From assembly GCA_964616045.1 (NCBI GenBank), contig CAZTTU010000001.1:9684-73683 (forward strand): 64,000 nucleotides of DNA, written 5' to 3'. The notes beneath the pieces are model-generated. The model was not told the origin of the DNA. It saw nothing but the letters and a program-made list of their open reading frames with translations, and made no database searches. The translations under genes and the position numbers were made by a program. Source of the stretch: an uncultured Verrucomicrobiota bacterium. GTDB taxonomy: Bacteria; Verrucomicrobiota; Verrucomicrobiia; Limisphaerales; UBA1100. This document shows positions 18,817-29,226 of the stretch, piece after piece (the first letter of the stretch is position 1; each line of letters starts with the position of its first letter).

Positions 18817-21636
18817 ATGAAATCCACTTCATCGGGCCGAGTGGCGTTGACTCTACTGATTGGCCAGCTGGTTTTTCTTTTCTCCCTTCAATCCGCGCAA
18901 ATCCAGCCGCCAGGTCAGCGCCCGCAACCGCTCGGGGCCCACGCACTGGTGGGCGGCCGGGTCATCGTCAAGCCGGGCACAGTGTTGGAGAACTCCACCA
19001 TTCTCATCCGTGATGGCCGCATCGAGGCGGTGCAAAATACCCAAGCCAAGCTCCCCGCCGACGCCCGCATTTGGCCCATGAAAGGCAAAACAATTTACGC
19101 CGGCTTCATCGACCCGTACCTGTCGCTTACTGAAAAGGCCAAGCCCATCGCCAATCGCTGGACCCAGCCCATCGACGCGCGCGCCGGCGTGAGCTTCACC
19201 GGTGTGCCAACCACCAAGACCGACATGGGCACCAAGGGCCCCGGATATGAAATCGCCGAGGTACATCCACAATATCGCGTGGCCACCGAGTTTTCGCCCG
19301 ACGCCAAGGCCGTGGCAGACCTGCGCGCACTGGGGTTCACCGCCGCTAATTTCATTCCCACCGAAGGCATTTACCGCGGCACAAGTACCTTAGTCCTACT
19401 GGGCGAGGGCAATCCCAACGGGCTCATTCTCAAGCCGGACACCCTGCAGCATCTCGCCTTCAGCACGGCAAAAAACTACCCAAAGAGCCTCATGGGCGTT
19501 ATCGCCGTGGTGCGCCAAACGGTGTTTGATGCGCAGCATTATTTCGCGATGCAGCAATGGGCAGCAAAAAATCCCAACGGCCAACGCCCCGAATACAATC
19601 CCGCACTGGAGGCCCTGCGGCCAGTGCTGGCGCAGAAACAATCAATCGTCATTGAAACCGGCAGTGTGCTGATGCTCGACCGCGCAAAGGTATTGGCGGC
19701 CGAGCTGAAGTTTCAACCCATCCTCGTGGCTACCGGACAGGAATGGCGCCGGCCGAACATGGTGCGCCAGATCCCCTTTCCCTTCATCGTGCCGGTGGTG
19801 TTCCCCGGCAAGCCGGATCTGCCGGAGGAGGATGACTGGGAGCAAATCTCACTGGACCAATTGCGCGCTTGGGATTGGGCACCGGAAATCCCCGCCCTAC
19901 TCCGCTCGCATCAACGTTCCATTTCACTGACCACCCACGGCCTCGCGGACCGCAAGGTGTTTCGCAAAAATATCCGCCAAGCTATCAAGCGCGGCCTCAA
20001 GGAAACTGACGCGCTCGCTGCCCTGACCACTGAGCCCGCCGCGCTCCTCGGCGCCAGCGCGAAGCTGGGTACAATCGAAAAAAGCAAACTCGCAAATCTC
20101 ACCATCGTGGACGGCGGCAGTTGGTTCGATCCTAAGAACGAAGTCAGCGCCGTGTGGGTCGAGGGCCGCCATTTTGCCAACGACAATCCCAAGCCCAAGA
20201 ATGACAAAAAGAACGACGCAAAAAAGAAGCCGGAGGCCAAGCTCGAGCCGCGCGCTGCAAAGACGCCAGGCGATTATCGCGGAGTGCTGAAGGCGCCCAA
20301 GACCGTGATCATCAATAACGCCACCATTTGGACCTGCGGCCCCGCGGGAGTCATTAAAAACGGCTCAATTGCTATCACTGACGGCCGCATTGTTTCTATC
20401 GGAAAAACTGCCTCCGACTCCATCCCGGCCGACAGCATTATCATCGACGCGAAGGGTCGACACATCACCCCCGGACTTATTGACTGCCACAGTCACAGTA
20501 TGATTCTCGGTGGCGTGAACGAAGGCACCCTACCCTCCTCGGCGATGGTGCGCATTGGCGACGTGGTCAATTCTGAGACCGAACACATTTACCGCCAACT
20601 TGCTGGTGGCCTCACCACGGCCAATCTCCTGCACGGCTCGGCCAATCCCATTGGCGGTCAAAATCAGGTAATCAAGCTGCGGCACGGCGCAGCACCAGAT
20701 GAATTGAAGTTCGCCAAGGCCCCGGCCGGCATCAAGTTTGCCCTCGGCGAAAACGTCAAGCAATCCAACTGGGGCGACGAAAAGAAATCCCGCTTCCCAC
20801 AAACTCGAATGGGAGTGCGCACGTTTTTCGTCAACCGCTTCACCGCTGCGCGTCATTATATTAATGACCAAAAAAGAAACCGTGGCACCAGCCCCCCTAT
20901 CCGACGCAACCTCGAGCTGGAAGCTCTCAGTGAAATCATCGAGGCCAAGCGCTGGATCCATTGTCACTCGTACCGGCAGGATGAGATGCTCATTTTTATG
21001 CGCACAATGGAGAGGTTTGGTGTGACCATCGGCACACTGCAGCATGTGCTGGAAGGCTACAAGATTGCCGATGAGATCGCCGCCCACGGTGCAGGCGCAT
21101 CCGCCTTTAGCGATTGGTGGGCGTATAAGTTCGAGGTATACGACGCCATCCCGTACGCCGGTAGCCTGATGCACGAGCGCGGGGCGGTGGTGAGTTTTAA
21201 TTCTGATTCCAGCGACCTCGCCCGCCGCATGAACCTTGAGGCCGCGAAGGCGGTGAAGTACGGCGGCACCAGCGAGCAGGACGCGCTCAACTTCGTGGCT
21301 CTAAATCCCGCCAAGCAATTGAAAATCGACAAGTGGGTCGGCTCGCTCGAAGCCGGCAAGGACGGTGACTTCGTCATCTGGAGCGGCCATCCGCTCTCAA
21401 CCCAATCCATCGTTGATGAAACCTGGATTGAGGGCAAGCAATATTACGACCGCGCCAAGGCAGCCGACCGCGTCAAGGCAATGACTGCCGAGAGGGACGC
21501 CCTCATCGCCAAAGCGCGCAAAAAGGATGATGGCGATAAGCTCGGTGAATCCGCGCGCGCTGCCTTCTTCATGCGCGCGCTGGAAAAAGCCCACTCCTTC
21601 AAAAACTGCTACGAATGCCGAAAGGCCAAGCCATGA
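18817..21636 (+). CDS. Secreted two-domain amidohydrolase family protein (degenerate N-terminal domain + canonical C-terminal domain)
   Basis: ATG 18817 gives the signal peptide MKSTSSGRVALTLLIGQLVFLFSLQSAQ. The N-terminal half has YAGFIDPYLSL (no HxH). The C-terminal half has the canonical TPGLIDCHSHS. Confidence 0.85.
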   Translation: MKSTSSGRVALTLLIGQLVFLFSLQSAQIQPPGQRPQPLGAHALVGGRVIVKPGTVLENSTILIRDGRIEAVQNTQAKLPADARIWPMKGKTIYAGFIDPYLSLTEKAKPIANRWTQPIDARAGVSFTGVPTTKTDMGTKGPGYEIAEVHPQYRVATEFSPDAKAVADLRALGFTAANFIPTEGIYRGTSTLVLLGEGNPNGLILKPDTLQHLAFSTAKNYPKSLMGVIAVVRQTVFDAQHYFAMQQWAAKNPNGQRPEYNPALEALRPVLAQKQSIVIETGSVLMLDRAKVLAAELKFQPILVATGQEWRRPNMVRQIPFPFIVPVVFPGKPDLPEEDDWEQISLDQLRAWDWAPEIPALLRSHQRSISLTTHGLADRKVFRKNIRQAIKRGLKETDALAALTTEPAALLGASAKLGTIEKSKLANLTIVDGGSWFDPKNEVSAVWVEGRHFANDNPKPKNDKKNDAKKKPEAKLEPRAAKTPGDYRGVLKAPKTVIINNATIWTCGPAGVIKNGSIAITDGRIVSIGKTASDSIPADSIIIDAKGRHITPGLIDCHSHSMILGGVNEGTLPSSAMVRIGDVVNSETEHIYRQLAGGLTTANLLHGSANPIGGQNQVIKLRHGAAPDELKFAKAPAGIKFALGENVKQSNWGDEKKSRFPQTRMGVRTFFVNRFTAARHYINDQKRNRGTSPPIRRNLELEALSEIIEAKRWIHCHSYRQDEMLIFMRTMERFGVTIGTLQHVLEGYKIADEIAAHGAGASAFSDWWAYKFEVYDAIPYAGSLMHERGAVVSFNSDSSDLARRMNLEAAKAVKYGGTSEQDALNFVALNPAKQLKIDKWVGSLEAGKDGDFVIWSGHPLSTQSIVDETWIEGKQYYDRAKAADRVKAMTAERDALIAKARKKDDGDKLGESARAAFFMRALEKAHSFKNCYECRKAKP

Positions 21637-22931
21637 AAAAACTGATCCTGTTCCTATTAAGCGTTTCCTCACTCTACGCCGATACGGTGCTGTACAAGGC
21701 CGCCGCCATTCACACGGCAGACAAAGGTACCATTCTCAAAGGCCAAATGATCGTCACCGACGGAATCATTGAGGCCGTAGGCCAAAGCCTCAGGACCACA
21801 CGCCAAACAATAACCGTCGACCTCGGCAAACTGCAATTGTACCCCGGCCTTATTGCCGCCACCACCTCATTGGGCCTCACTGAAATCAACGCCGTGCGCG
21901 CCACGCAGGACACCACCGAGGTGGGCGAATTCACACCGGATGTGGAGGCTTGGGTTTCGGTTAACCCCGATTCTGAACTCATCCCCGTCGCGCGCGCCAA
22001 CGGGTTCACACATGTGCTCGTCGCGCCGATGGGCGGCACCGTCACGGGCACGTCGGGATTAATCAAAACCGCTGGTTGGGGCGTCGAGGACATGACCCTC
22101 AAACCCCGTGCCGCCCTGCACCTATGGTGGCCAGCAATGAAGCTGAACACGCGCCCAAAGGAATCCCTGAGCGATCCCTCAAAATACAAATCACCCAAGG
22201 ACCAAGTGAAGCTGCGCGAACAGAAGCTCAAGAAGATCGATGCATATTTCGACGAAGCCGAGGCCTATGCCAAGGCGCGAGCGGCGGGGTTGGCAGCGTT
22301 CAAAAAAATTCCAGCCTGGGAAGGCATGCTGGATGCAATAAAGGGGAAACAACCAATTATGGTGCATGGGAATGAATTACGCCAGATCAAGGCAGCTGTC
22401 GCATGGGCTAAGCGGCGCAAATACAGGATCATCCTCGCTGCCTCGCGTGATGCGTGGCGGGTTGCAGATTTGTTGGCCAGAGAAAACATCCCCGTTGTAT
22501 TCGACAACGTGTTCACCCTGCCGCAACATGACACCGATCCACATGATGTTCATTTTCGAGCTGCCGGAATCCTAAACAAGGCAGGTGTGAAGGTGGCACA
22601 TAGCGTGGACATGGGCTCTTGGGGTGCCTCTGAAATTCGGAACATTGTTTACTACACTGCGCGTTCCATGGCGTACGGCTTGCCGCACGATGCCGCTTTA
22701 AAGAGCATCACACTTCATCCTTCAGAAATGTTGGGAGTAAGTGGGCGGCTGGGATCCTTGTCACCAAAAAAAGAGGCGACCTTTATCGCAGTGGATGGTG
22801 ATCTTTTTGATGTTCGATCCAACGTAAAGCGAATGTGGATCGAGGGTAAAGAAGTCCATCTAAAGAGTCGACACACCCGTCTCTACGAAAAATATCAAAA
22901 ACGCCCAAAGCCGGCCGGCTTGGGAAAATAA
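21633..22931 (+). CDS. Secreted amidohydrolase-like protein lacking the HxH metal motif
   Basis: Signal peptide MKKLILFLLSVSSLYA. The HxH position reads YPGLIAATTSLGL. ATGA overlap with the upstream gene. Confidence 0.8.
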   Translation: MKKLILFLLSVSSLYADTVLYKAAAIHTADKGTILKGQMIVTDGIIEAVGQSLRTTRQTITVDLGKLQLYPGLIAATTSLGLTEINAVRATQDTTEVGEFTPDVEAWVSVNPDSELIPVARANGFTHVLVAPMGGTVTGTSGLIKTAGWGVEDMTLKPRAALHLWWPAMKLNTRPKESLSDPSKYKSPKDQVKLREQKLKKIDAYFDEAEAYAKARAAGLAAFKKIPAWEGMLDAIKGKQPIMVHGNELRQIKAAVAWAKRRKYRIILAASRDAWRVADLLARENIPVVFDNVFTLPQHDTDPHDVHFRAAGILNKAGVKVAHSVDMGSWGASEIRNIVYYTARSMAYGLPHDAALKSITLHPSEMLGVSGRLGSLSPKKEATFIAVDGDLFDVRSNVKRMWIEGKEVHLKSRHTRLYEKYQKRPKPAGLGK

Positions 22932-22932
22932 T

Positions 22933-23892
22933 ATGCAAAAGATTTCCCGCGATCAAGCCAGGAAATTTGCTTTTGATTGGCGTGATAAGCCGCTTTTGCG
23001 TGTGGAGCCTGGCGAGAAGTTTGAGATAGAGACTTGGGACGCCAGCTCTGGCTTTTTCAAGTCACCCGAAGACAAGGCAATCCCCGCCAATCGCCCCGGA
23101 TTTGATCGCAGTCCGCCCTTGGCAAATCCAATCGCCGGGCCAGTGTATGTAAAAGGCGCGGAGCGCGGCGATGTATTGGCGGTATGTGTTCATGAAATTG
23201 AGGTTGCTGATTACTCTTGGGTGGCCGTGGGGCCCAAGCGAGGGCCATTAGGGGAATCAACACGCTGGCCTGAACTTTCAGGTGAGTACACCACTAAGAT
23301 TTTTTCACACACACCAGGGCCAAGTGGCACCACCATAGATGGTATGATGAATTTTAATGATGCCATCTCTTGGCCAATCACACCGTTTATTGGTACGATA
23401 GGTGTGGCACCTGATCGCGAAGTGTGCACGAGTATTGATGGTCAGGGGTCCTGGGGGGGGAATCTTGATATTCGCGATGTGGGCCCGAGCAACCGGATTT
23501 TGCTCCCGATCTTTCATGATGGAGCCCTCTTCTATCTTGGCGATTTACACGCAAGCCAGGGAGACACTGAATACACAGGCACCGCCGCGGAAACTTGTGG
23601 GACGGTTCGGCTTCAACTGGAGGTTATCAAGCAGAAGAAGCTTCCCTTCATGCGAATCGAAAAACCTGATAGGATCGTGGCAGTGCAGGCCGCGCGCCCG
23701 CTGGAGGTGGCGGTGGATACAGCGACCAAGCACCTCATGGCGTGGTTGATTGATGAATATAATTTTACGCCGACCGATGCCTACTGCCTGGTGAGTACTT
23801 GTCCTGATTTCCGCATCAACGTCTACCAGATGTGCGATATCGCACAGCTGAGTTACGTTGCCGGTGCAGAATTGCCGCGAAAATATCTTTAA
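22933..23892 (+). CDS. Acetamidase/formamidase family protein
   Basis: GDLHASQGDTEYTGTA matches the family GDxHAxQGDGE motif. Length about 320 aa. Confidence 0.85.
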   Translation: MQKISRDQARKFAFDWRDKPLLRVEPGEKFEIETWDASSGFFKSPEDKAIPANRPGFDRSPPLANPIAGPVYVKGAERGDVLAVCVHEIEVADYSWVAVGPKRGPLGESTRWPELSGEYTTKIFSHTPGPSGTTIDGMMNFNDAISWPITPFIGTIGVAPDREVCTSIDGQGSWGGNLDIRDVGPSNRILLPIFHDGALFYLGDLHASQGDTEYTGTAAETCGTVRLQLEVIKQKKLPFMRIEKPDRIVAVQAARPLEVAVDTATKHLMAWLIDEYNFTPTDAYCLVSTCPDFRINVYQMCDIAQLSYVAGAELPRKYL

Positions 23893-23896
23893 AGCA

Positions 23897-23912
23897 CGCG
23901 TTCAAAAACGCG
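23897..23912. terminator. Weak hairpin between convergent formamidase and sodA genes
   Basis: CGCGUU-CAAA-AACGCG, a 6-bp stem. The flanks are only moderately U-rich on either strand. Confidence 0.3.
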
Positions 23913-23934
23913 CTTCAAATCAATTGTGATTGGT

Positions 23935-24549
23935 TTAAGCCTTCGCGGCCTCGTAGTTTGCGCCAACTGTGTCCCAATCCACGACACTCCAAAATGCCTT
24001 GAGGTAATCCGGACGGCGGTTTTGATATTTGAGATAATAGGCGTGCTCCCAAACATCGCAGCCAAGTATTGGAGTACGCCCCTCCATCAGGGGTGTGTCT
24101 TGATTGGCTGTACTGCAAATGCAGAGGTCACCGTCGCTCTTCACACAAAGCCAAGCCCAACCACTACCAAAGCGCGATTTGCCGGCAGTCTCAAATTGGT
24201 CCTTCAAAGCATCAAGCCCACCAAGCTCGGCGGCAACAGCATCATTCAAGGAGCCCGTCGGCTTGCCGCCACCGCCGGGGCTCATCACGCTCCAAAACAT
24301 TGAGTGATTGGCGTGTCCACCGCCGTTATTGCGAACTGCTCCACGAATGCCTTCTGGCACGGCATCCAGATCCCTCACAAGATCGTTGATGCTCTTGGAT
24401 GCCAAGTCGCCGTGACCTTCGAGCGCTGCATTCAGGTTGGCGATGTAGGTTGCGTGATGCTTGCCATGGTGAATTTCCATGGTTTGCGCATCAATGTGAG
24501 GTTCCAGCGCATCGTGAGCGTAAGGGAGTTCAGGTAGTTCGTATGCCAT
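23935..24549 (-). CDS. sodA: Superoxide dismutase, Mn type
   Basis: [31 protein letters not shown] (Mn-type, compare E. coli SodA AGGHANHSLFW) and [21 protein letters not shown] 24549 is preferred over the longer ORF. Confidence 0.93.
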   Translation of the reverse strand: MAYELPELPYAHDALEPHIDAQTMEIHHGKHHATYIANLNAALEGHGDLASKSINDLVRDLDAVPEGIRGAVRNNGGGHANHSMFWSVMSPGGGGKPTGSLNDAVAAELGGLDALKDQFETAGKSRFGSGWAWLCVKSDGDLCICSTANQDTPLMEGRTPILGCDVWEHAYYLKYQNRRPDYLKAFWSVVDWDTVGANYEAAKA

Positions 24550-24610
24550 ATGGATTTGGGTTGAGGCCGGGAAAGTAGCAATCCGGTGTGCTGCGTGCAA
24601 GCCTCATGAT

Positions 24611-25234
24611 TTAATTGGAAATCATGTTCACGAAATTTCCCAGCAATTTCATTCCAACTTTCTGGCTTTTTTCCGGGTGGAACTGAGTGGCAAACACATT
24701 GTCGCGCCACACCGCTGAAGCAAAAGCTTCTCCATAGATTGTGCGGGTGGCAACAACTGATTCATCCACTGGCCTCGGGAAAAAACTGTGCACAAAGTAA
24801 AAATAACTACCCGTATTGATTCCCTCAAAAATCGGGCAATCTTTCCGGATAATTTCAATTTGATTCCAGCCAATCTGCGGGACCTTGACGGTGTCATCCG
24901 AAAAGCGCACCACGTCACCTTCTAACATGCCCAATCCTGAAGCGCGGGAATTAAATTCTTCACTCCTATTGAACAGCACTTGATAACCGATGCAGATTCC
25001 GAGAAAGGGCTTTCCGGAGCTAATGAATTCTATTGTAGCTGCCAGCAACTCCTGCCCTTGCATTGCATTGATGCAGTCATCAAATGCACCCACTCCAGGG
25101 AGCACAATGGCATCCGCTTTCGCAAGGTTTTCAGGGGATTTTTCCAGACGAACCTGCCCTCCAGATGCCTCAAGCGCCTTCTGTACACTGCGGACATTAC
25201 CCGCGTCATAATCGAGGAGCGCAATCACGGGCAT
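24611..25234 (-). CDS. hisH: Imidazole glycerol phosphate synthase, glutamine amidotransferase subunit
   Basis: IALLDYDAGNVRSV, PGVGAF and PFLGICIGYQ (catalytic Cys). Confidence 0.93.
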   Translation of the reverse strand: MPVIALLDYDAGNVRSVQKALEASGGQVRLEKSPENLAKADAIVLPGVGAFDDCINAMQGQELLAATIEFISSGKPFLGICIGYQVLFNRSEEFNSRASGLGMLEGDVVRFSDDTVKVPQIGWNQIEIIRKDCPIFEGINTGSYFYFVHSFFPRPVDESVVATRTIYGEAFASAVWRDNVFATQFHPEKSQKVGMKLLGNFVNMISN

Positions 25235-25243
25235 CTATTTAAC

Positions 25244-26335
25244 TCAGCTTGAGACATTGGCCAATTCCTTTTCAGTGAGTAGGCGCAATTGGCCACAGGC
25301 TGCGTCGATGTCACACCCCTTTTCACGTCGAAGAGTGACCTTGGTTCCATGGGCGATGAGCGCCAACAGGAAAGCGTCTTGAGTGGGCTCATCAGGCCGT
25401 TTCCACTTGAGGCCGTTCACGCGGTTGTACGGAATGAGATTTACTTTGGCTCGAAGTCGTTTGGTCAGATTGGCTAAGAGTTTTGCTTGATTCAATGAGT
25501 CATTCAATTGGGCTATGAGAACATACTCCAGGGTGATCTTGCCAGTTTTGGCCTGTTGATATTCCTCAATGGCTGCAGTGAGCTCACCCAGTGGATATTT
25601 TTTGTTGACCGGCATAATTTGATCGCGCACCTCATCGGTGGCGCCATGCAAGCTTATGGCCAAGCGGTATTGTTGTGGCTGTTGGGCAAGCCGGCGAATT
25701 TCCGGCACTAGACCGCTGGTTGAAATGGTAATTTTCCGGGCACCAATGTTTGGTCCCCAATCGGCATTCAGGATTTCCAGTGCTGCCATCAGCTTATCGT
25801 AATTTGCCAAAGGCTCGCCCATGCCCATAACGACAAGGTTATTAACAATGCGCTCGGTCACGCCGGATTGATTCTTGTGCCACCTTTCCGTGGCCAGTAC
25901 TTGATCGATGATTTCCGATGGTTCCAAGTCTCGCTTGAACCCATCCAGGCCGCTGGCACAAAATTTACAACCATAGGCACAACCAACCTGTGTGGAAACA
26001 CACAATGTGTGGCGATCGCTTTGGGTGCCATACAACGATTCGCTGGCGGGGATAAGCACACTTTCCACTAATTGCCCGTCGCGCAATTTCCACAGGAACT
26101 TTTGCGTAGTGTCGGTGCCGCCTTGCTTGCAGATAAGCTTGATAGTTGAAAATTCAAATTCTCTAGATAGTTTGCGTTGCAGCAACTCTGTGAGGTTGGT
26201 CATTTCTGGCCAGTTCGCTGCGTGACTGCGTTGCACCCAGTGCAGAATTTGATCTGCGCGATATTCCCGCTCCTCTTGGCTGGAAAGCCATGAACGCAGC
26301 TCGCTGGGCGTTTGAGATGAAATCGGTTTGCGCAC
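25244..26335 (-). CDS. rlmN: 23S rRNA/tRNA (adenine-C2)-methyltransferase, radical SAM
   Basis: CVSTQVGCAYGCKFCASG CxxxCxxC cluster and C-terminal DIDAACGQL. Confidence 0.92.
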   Translation of the reverse strand: MRKPISSQTPSELRSWLSSQEEREYRADQILHWVQRSHAANWPEMTNLTELLQRKLSREFEFSTIKLICKQGGTDTTQKFLWKLRDGQLVESVLIPASESLYGTQSDRHTLCVSTQVGCAYGCKFCASGLDGFKRDLEPSEIIDQVLATERWHKNQSGVTERIVNNLVVMGMGEPLANYDKLMAALEILNADWGPNIGARKITISTSGLVPEIRRLAQQPQQYRLAISLHGATDEVRDQIMPVNKKYPLGELTAAIEEYQQAKTGKITLEYVLIAQLNDSLNQAKLLANLTKRLRAKVNLIPYNRVNGLKWKRPDEPTQDAFLLALIAHGTKVTLRREKGCDIDAACGQLRLLTEKELANVSS

Positions 26336-26336
26336 G

Positions 26337-28445
26337 TTAATCGATTCTGTAGTATTTGTTTGAGTACTCTTGCACCATGCGCCAAGTGTTGAACTTAGGG
26401 GTAATTGTGGTCATGGCGCGGCGCATTTTTTTAATCCATTGGCGAGGCAAACCACTGTTATCCCGATTGTAAAAAGTGGGAATGACTTCCTCTGACAGTG
26501 TCCGAAACAAGTTTTCACTATCTAGTCGATCTTGCTCCTCAAGTTCATCGGGATGCGAATCATCGCCGATGGAAAAGCCATTGGTGCCATCGAAGACCTC
26601 ACGCCACCAACCATCCATGATGCTGCAGTTTAGGCCGCCGTGAGCCGCGGTTTTCATGCCACTGGTTCCGCTGGCTTCAAGCGGGCGACGCGGATTGTTG
26701 AGCCACACATCACAACCTGAAATCATCATGCGACCAATCTGGATGTCGTAATTTTCAATGAAGACGAGATGACCCGTCAATTCACTGTGCTTGGAGAGGT
26801 GCGCAATTTTTTGGATAAAGCGTTTCCCCTTCTCATCGGCCGGATGAGCTTTGCCGGCAAAAATAAATTGCACCGGCCGGTCAACATCCTTTGCGAGTTT
26901 TGTAACTTTTTTCAATTGATCAAAAATGAGCGGCGCGCGCTTATAGGTGGCGAATCGCCGGGCAAAGCCGATGGTCAGCGTGTCGGCATCAAGAAGATTA
27001 TCATACTGGATGAAGCTTCCCTCTCGAGTTTTAGGGTCATCAATCAATCGGTTCCGGGCAAAATCGACCAACTCGCGGCGTAGGCGGCATCTCAGAGACC
27101 AGAGTTCTTCGTCGGAAATGAAGCCTGAATCTCCTGCCTTAATCCAGAATTCAACGCTGTTAATGTCCTCAAAAAATTTTAGGTCTCCATTCGCTCGACG
27201 CTGCCAAAAATCACGGGCGGACCCACTCATCCACCCAAGTGCATGAATGCCATTGGTGATGTGCCCGATTGGTACTTCATCAACGGGCACATTATATTTC
27301 TCCTGCCACATTTCACGACTTACTTTTCCATGTAATTCACTCACACCATTGGCCGCGCGCGCAGTGTTTAACGCCAGCAATGTCATGCAAAATCTCTCGC
27401 TTTCATCTGTCGCGTCAAGTCGGCCTAGCGCCATGAAGCTATTGTGGTCCAGTTTCAAATGTTTCAGATAATGACTGAAAGAATAGCTCATCAACTCTGC
27501 CGGGAAACGGTCATGGCCTGCGGGTACAGGAGTGTGAGTGGTGAAGATGCATTCATCACGAGTCGTCAACAATGCATCATCAAAAGATGTGCCATCGGCC
27601 ATTTTTTCCCGAATTAATTCCAACGCTAAAAATGCCGCATGCCCCTCGTTCATATGAAATACGCCGGGCTCTTCACCAATTGCGCGCAGAAGCTTCACGC
27701 CCCCGATACCCAGAAGAATTTCCTGGTGAATACGTGTCGTGCTGTCGCCCCCGTAAACGCGAAGGGTGAGATCGCGATATTGGGCTGAATTTTCAGGTAG
27801 ATTCGTATCCAGCAAATATAGAGAGCAGCGTCCAACATTGATACGCCAAGTGCGGAAATAGATGGTGTCGGTCGCAATATCGACGGAACAAATCAGCGTT
27901 TCACCACTGGCATCCGTCACGGCATCCATCGGGAGGTTTTTTGGATTAAGCTGGTTGTAGTATTCGCTTTGCCAATTTTCCTGATTTATGGCCTGCTGAA
28001 AATAGCCCTCTCGGTAAAACAAAGTAATGCCGCTAAAATTTAGGCCCAGGTCACTTGAGCTCTTTATATGGTCGCCTGCCAGAACACCCAGTCCACCGGC
28101 AGCAATGGGAAGAGTTTCGTGCAATCCAAATTCTGCCGAGAAATAGGCAACGGCCCGGTTGGTCAGACTCGGGGCCTCCTGCGTGACCCAAGTATCTTTC
28201 GAGTTCATATAGTCCTTGAATTCGGCGAGCACATCGGCAACACGCTGTGCATAGTCTGGATCCAACAGTCGTGCTTGCAGTTCAGTGTCTGACACTTCGC
28301 GCAAAACAGCTACGGGGTTGTGGTAAACATTTTGCCATGTGCGCGGCGAGAGTTCTCCGAAGATGCCGCGAGCATCCTGATTCCACGTCCACCAGATGTT
28401 TCTTGCTAGCTGATTGAGCGCGGCAACTGTTTCAATATTCTCCAT
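26337..28445 (-). CDS. glgP: Alpha-glucan (glycogen/maltodextrin) phosphorylase, GT35
   Basis: EASGTSGMK PLP-lysine motif. Size (702 aa) and N-terminal region are typical of the alpha-glucan phosphorylase subfamily. Confidence 0.9.
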   Translation of the reverse strand: MENIETVAALNQLARNIWWTWNQDARGIFGELSPRTWQNVYHNPVAVLREVSDTELQARLLDPDYAQRVADVLAEFKDYMNSKDTWVTQEAPSLTNRAVAYFSAEFGLHETLPIAAGGLGVLAGDHIKSSSDLGLNFSGITLFYREGYFQQAINQENWQSEYYNQLNPKNLPMDAVTDASGETLICSVDIATDTIYFRTWRINVGRCSLYLLDTNLPENSAQYRDLTLRVYGGDSTTRIHQEILLGIGGVKLLRAIGEEPGVFHMNEGHAAFLALELIREKMADGTSFDDALLTTRDECIFTTHTPVPAGHDRFPAELMSYSFSHYLKHLKLDHNSFMALGRLDATDESERFCMTLLALNTARAANGVSELHGKVSREMWQEKYNVPVDEVPIGHITNGIHALGWMSGSARDFWQRRANGDLKFFEDINSVEFWIKAGDSGFISDEELWSLRCRLRRELVDFARNRLIDDPKTREGSFIQYDNLLDADTLTIGFARRFATYKRAPLIFDQLKKVTKLAKDVDRPVQFIFAGKAHPADEKGKRFIQKIAHLSKHSELTGHLVFIENYDIQIGRMMISGCDVWLNNPRRPLEASGTSGMKTAAHGGLNCSIMDGWWREVFDGTNGFSIGDDSHPDELEEQDRLDSENLFRTLSEEVIPTFYNRDNSGLPRQWIKKMRRAMTTITPKFNTWRMVQEYSNKYYRID

Positions 28446-28530
28446 GTGGGAATCTGAACCTTCGAAGACCTAAAAACCAAGCCGAATTTTATCGCAAAAC
28501 GAAACGGACGGCGTCAGAATCGGCAACTAC

Positions 28531-29226
28531 ATGAACCATGTTTGTTTCATCACAGTTCTCCTAACAGCGCCAGCCACTTTATTTGCCCAAGAAGATTGTC
28601 CATTCGTTAAGCCTAAGCCACCGCCAAAACCCGACATTGAAGAGGTTGCGCCAGGTATTTTTCAAGTAGGCACCGTTCGACTGGAAAAAAATATCGGCAG
28701 AATCAGTTTACCTGTAACCATTAATATGAATGAAGGGCCAATGGAATATTTGGTGGTAACCGGAAAGGGGAAAACACATGAGAGCCTGTTAGTTACGACA
28801 GCGGAGCCCTTTCATTTGCAGGTGGCGATGTTACTTTTGAATTGCAAAGGGAGTGACGGTCACTTGATTCCTGAGGATGACACGAAGCCTGTGCCGGGAG
28901 AGCCTGTAGCCATTGAACTACACTGGAAGGCCAATAAGGAAACTAAAAAGTCGCCAATTGAAGAATTCTTTCAGAGAGCGGATGGTAAGAAACTTGAAAG
29001 GAAACCATTTATTTTTAACGGCTCACGCGTGTTTGATGGCACGTTTCTCGCTCAACGTGACGGGTCTATTGTCTCGCTTATTACGGACAATGCGGCACAG
29101 TTCAATAATTCCCACAAGGGGCGTGACAACGATGATCTTTGGCGCCCCCAACCCAAGGGCTTGCCGCCTTTGGACAGTAACGGCACACTAGTAATTCGAG
29201 TGTTGAACATAGGAAAAACAAAATGA
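28531..29226 (+). CDS. Secreted hypothetical protein, possibly YdjY-like
   Basis: Signal peptide MNHVCFITVLLTAPATLFAQ. The PMEYLVVTGKGKTHESLL segment resembles YdjY-domain proteins common in PVC genomes (from memory, unverified). Confidence 0.5.
   Translation: MNHVCFITVLLTAPATLFAQEDCPFVKPKPPPKPDIEEVAPGIFQVGTVRLEKNIGRISLPVTINMNEGPMEYLVVTGKGKTHESLLVTTAEPFHLQVAMLLLNCKGSDGHLIPEDDTKPVPGEPVAIELHWKANKETKKSPIEEFFQRADGKKLERKPFIFNGSRVFDGTFLAQRDGSIVSLITDNAAQFNNSHKGRDNDDLWRPQPKGLPPLDSNGTLVIRVLNIGKTK

Noticed and set aside
20530-21174. 214-aa minus-strand ORF
   Set aside because: It is antisense to the amidohydrolase C-terminal domain. No motifs. Shadow ORF.
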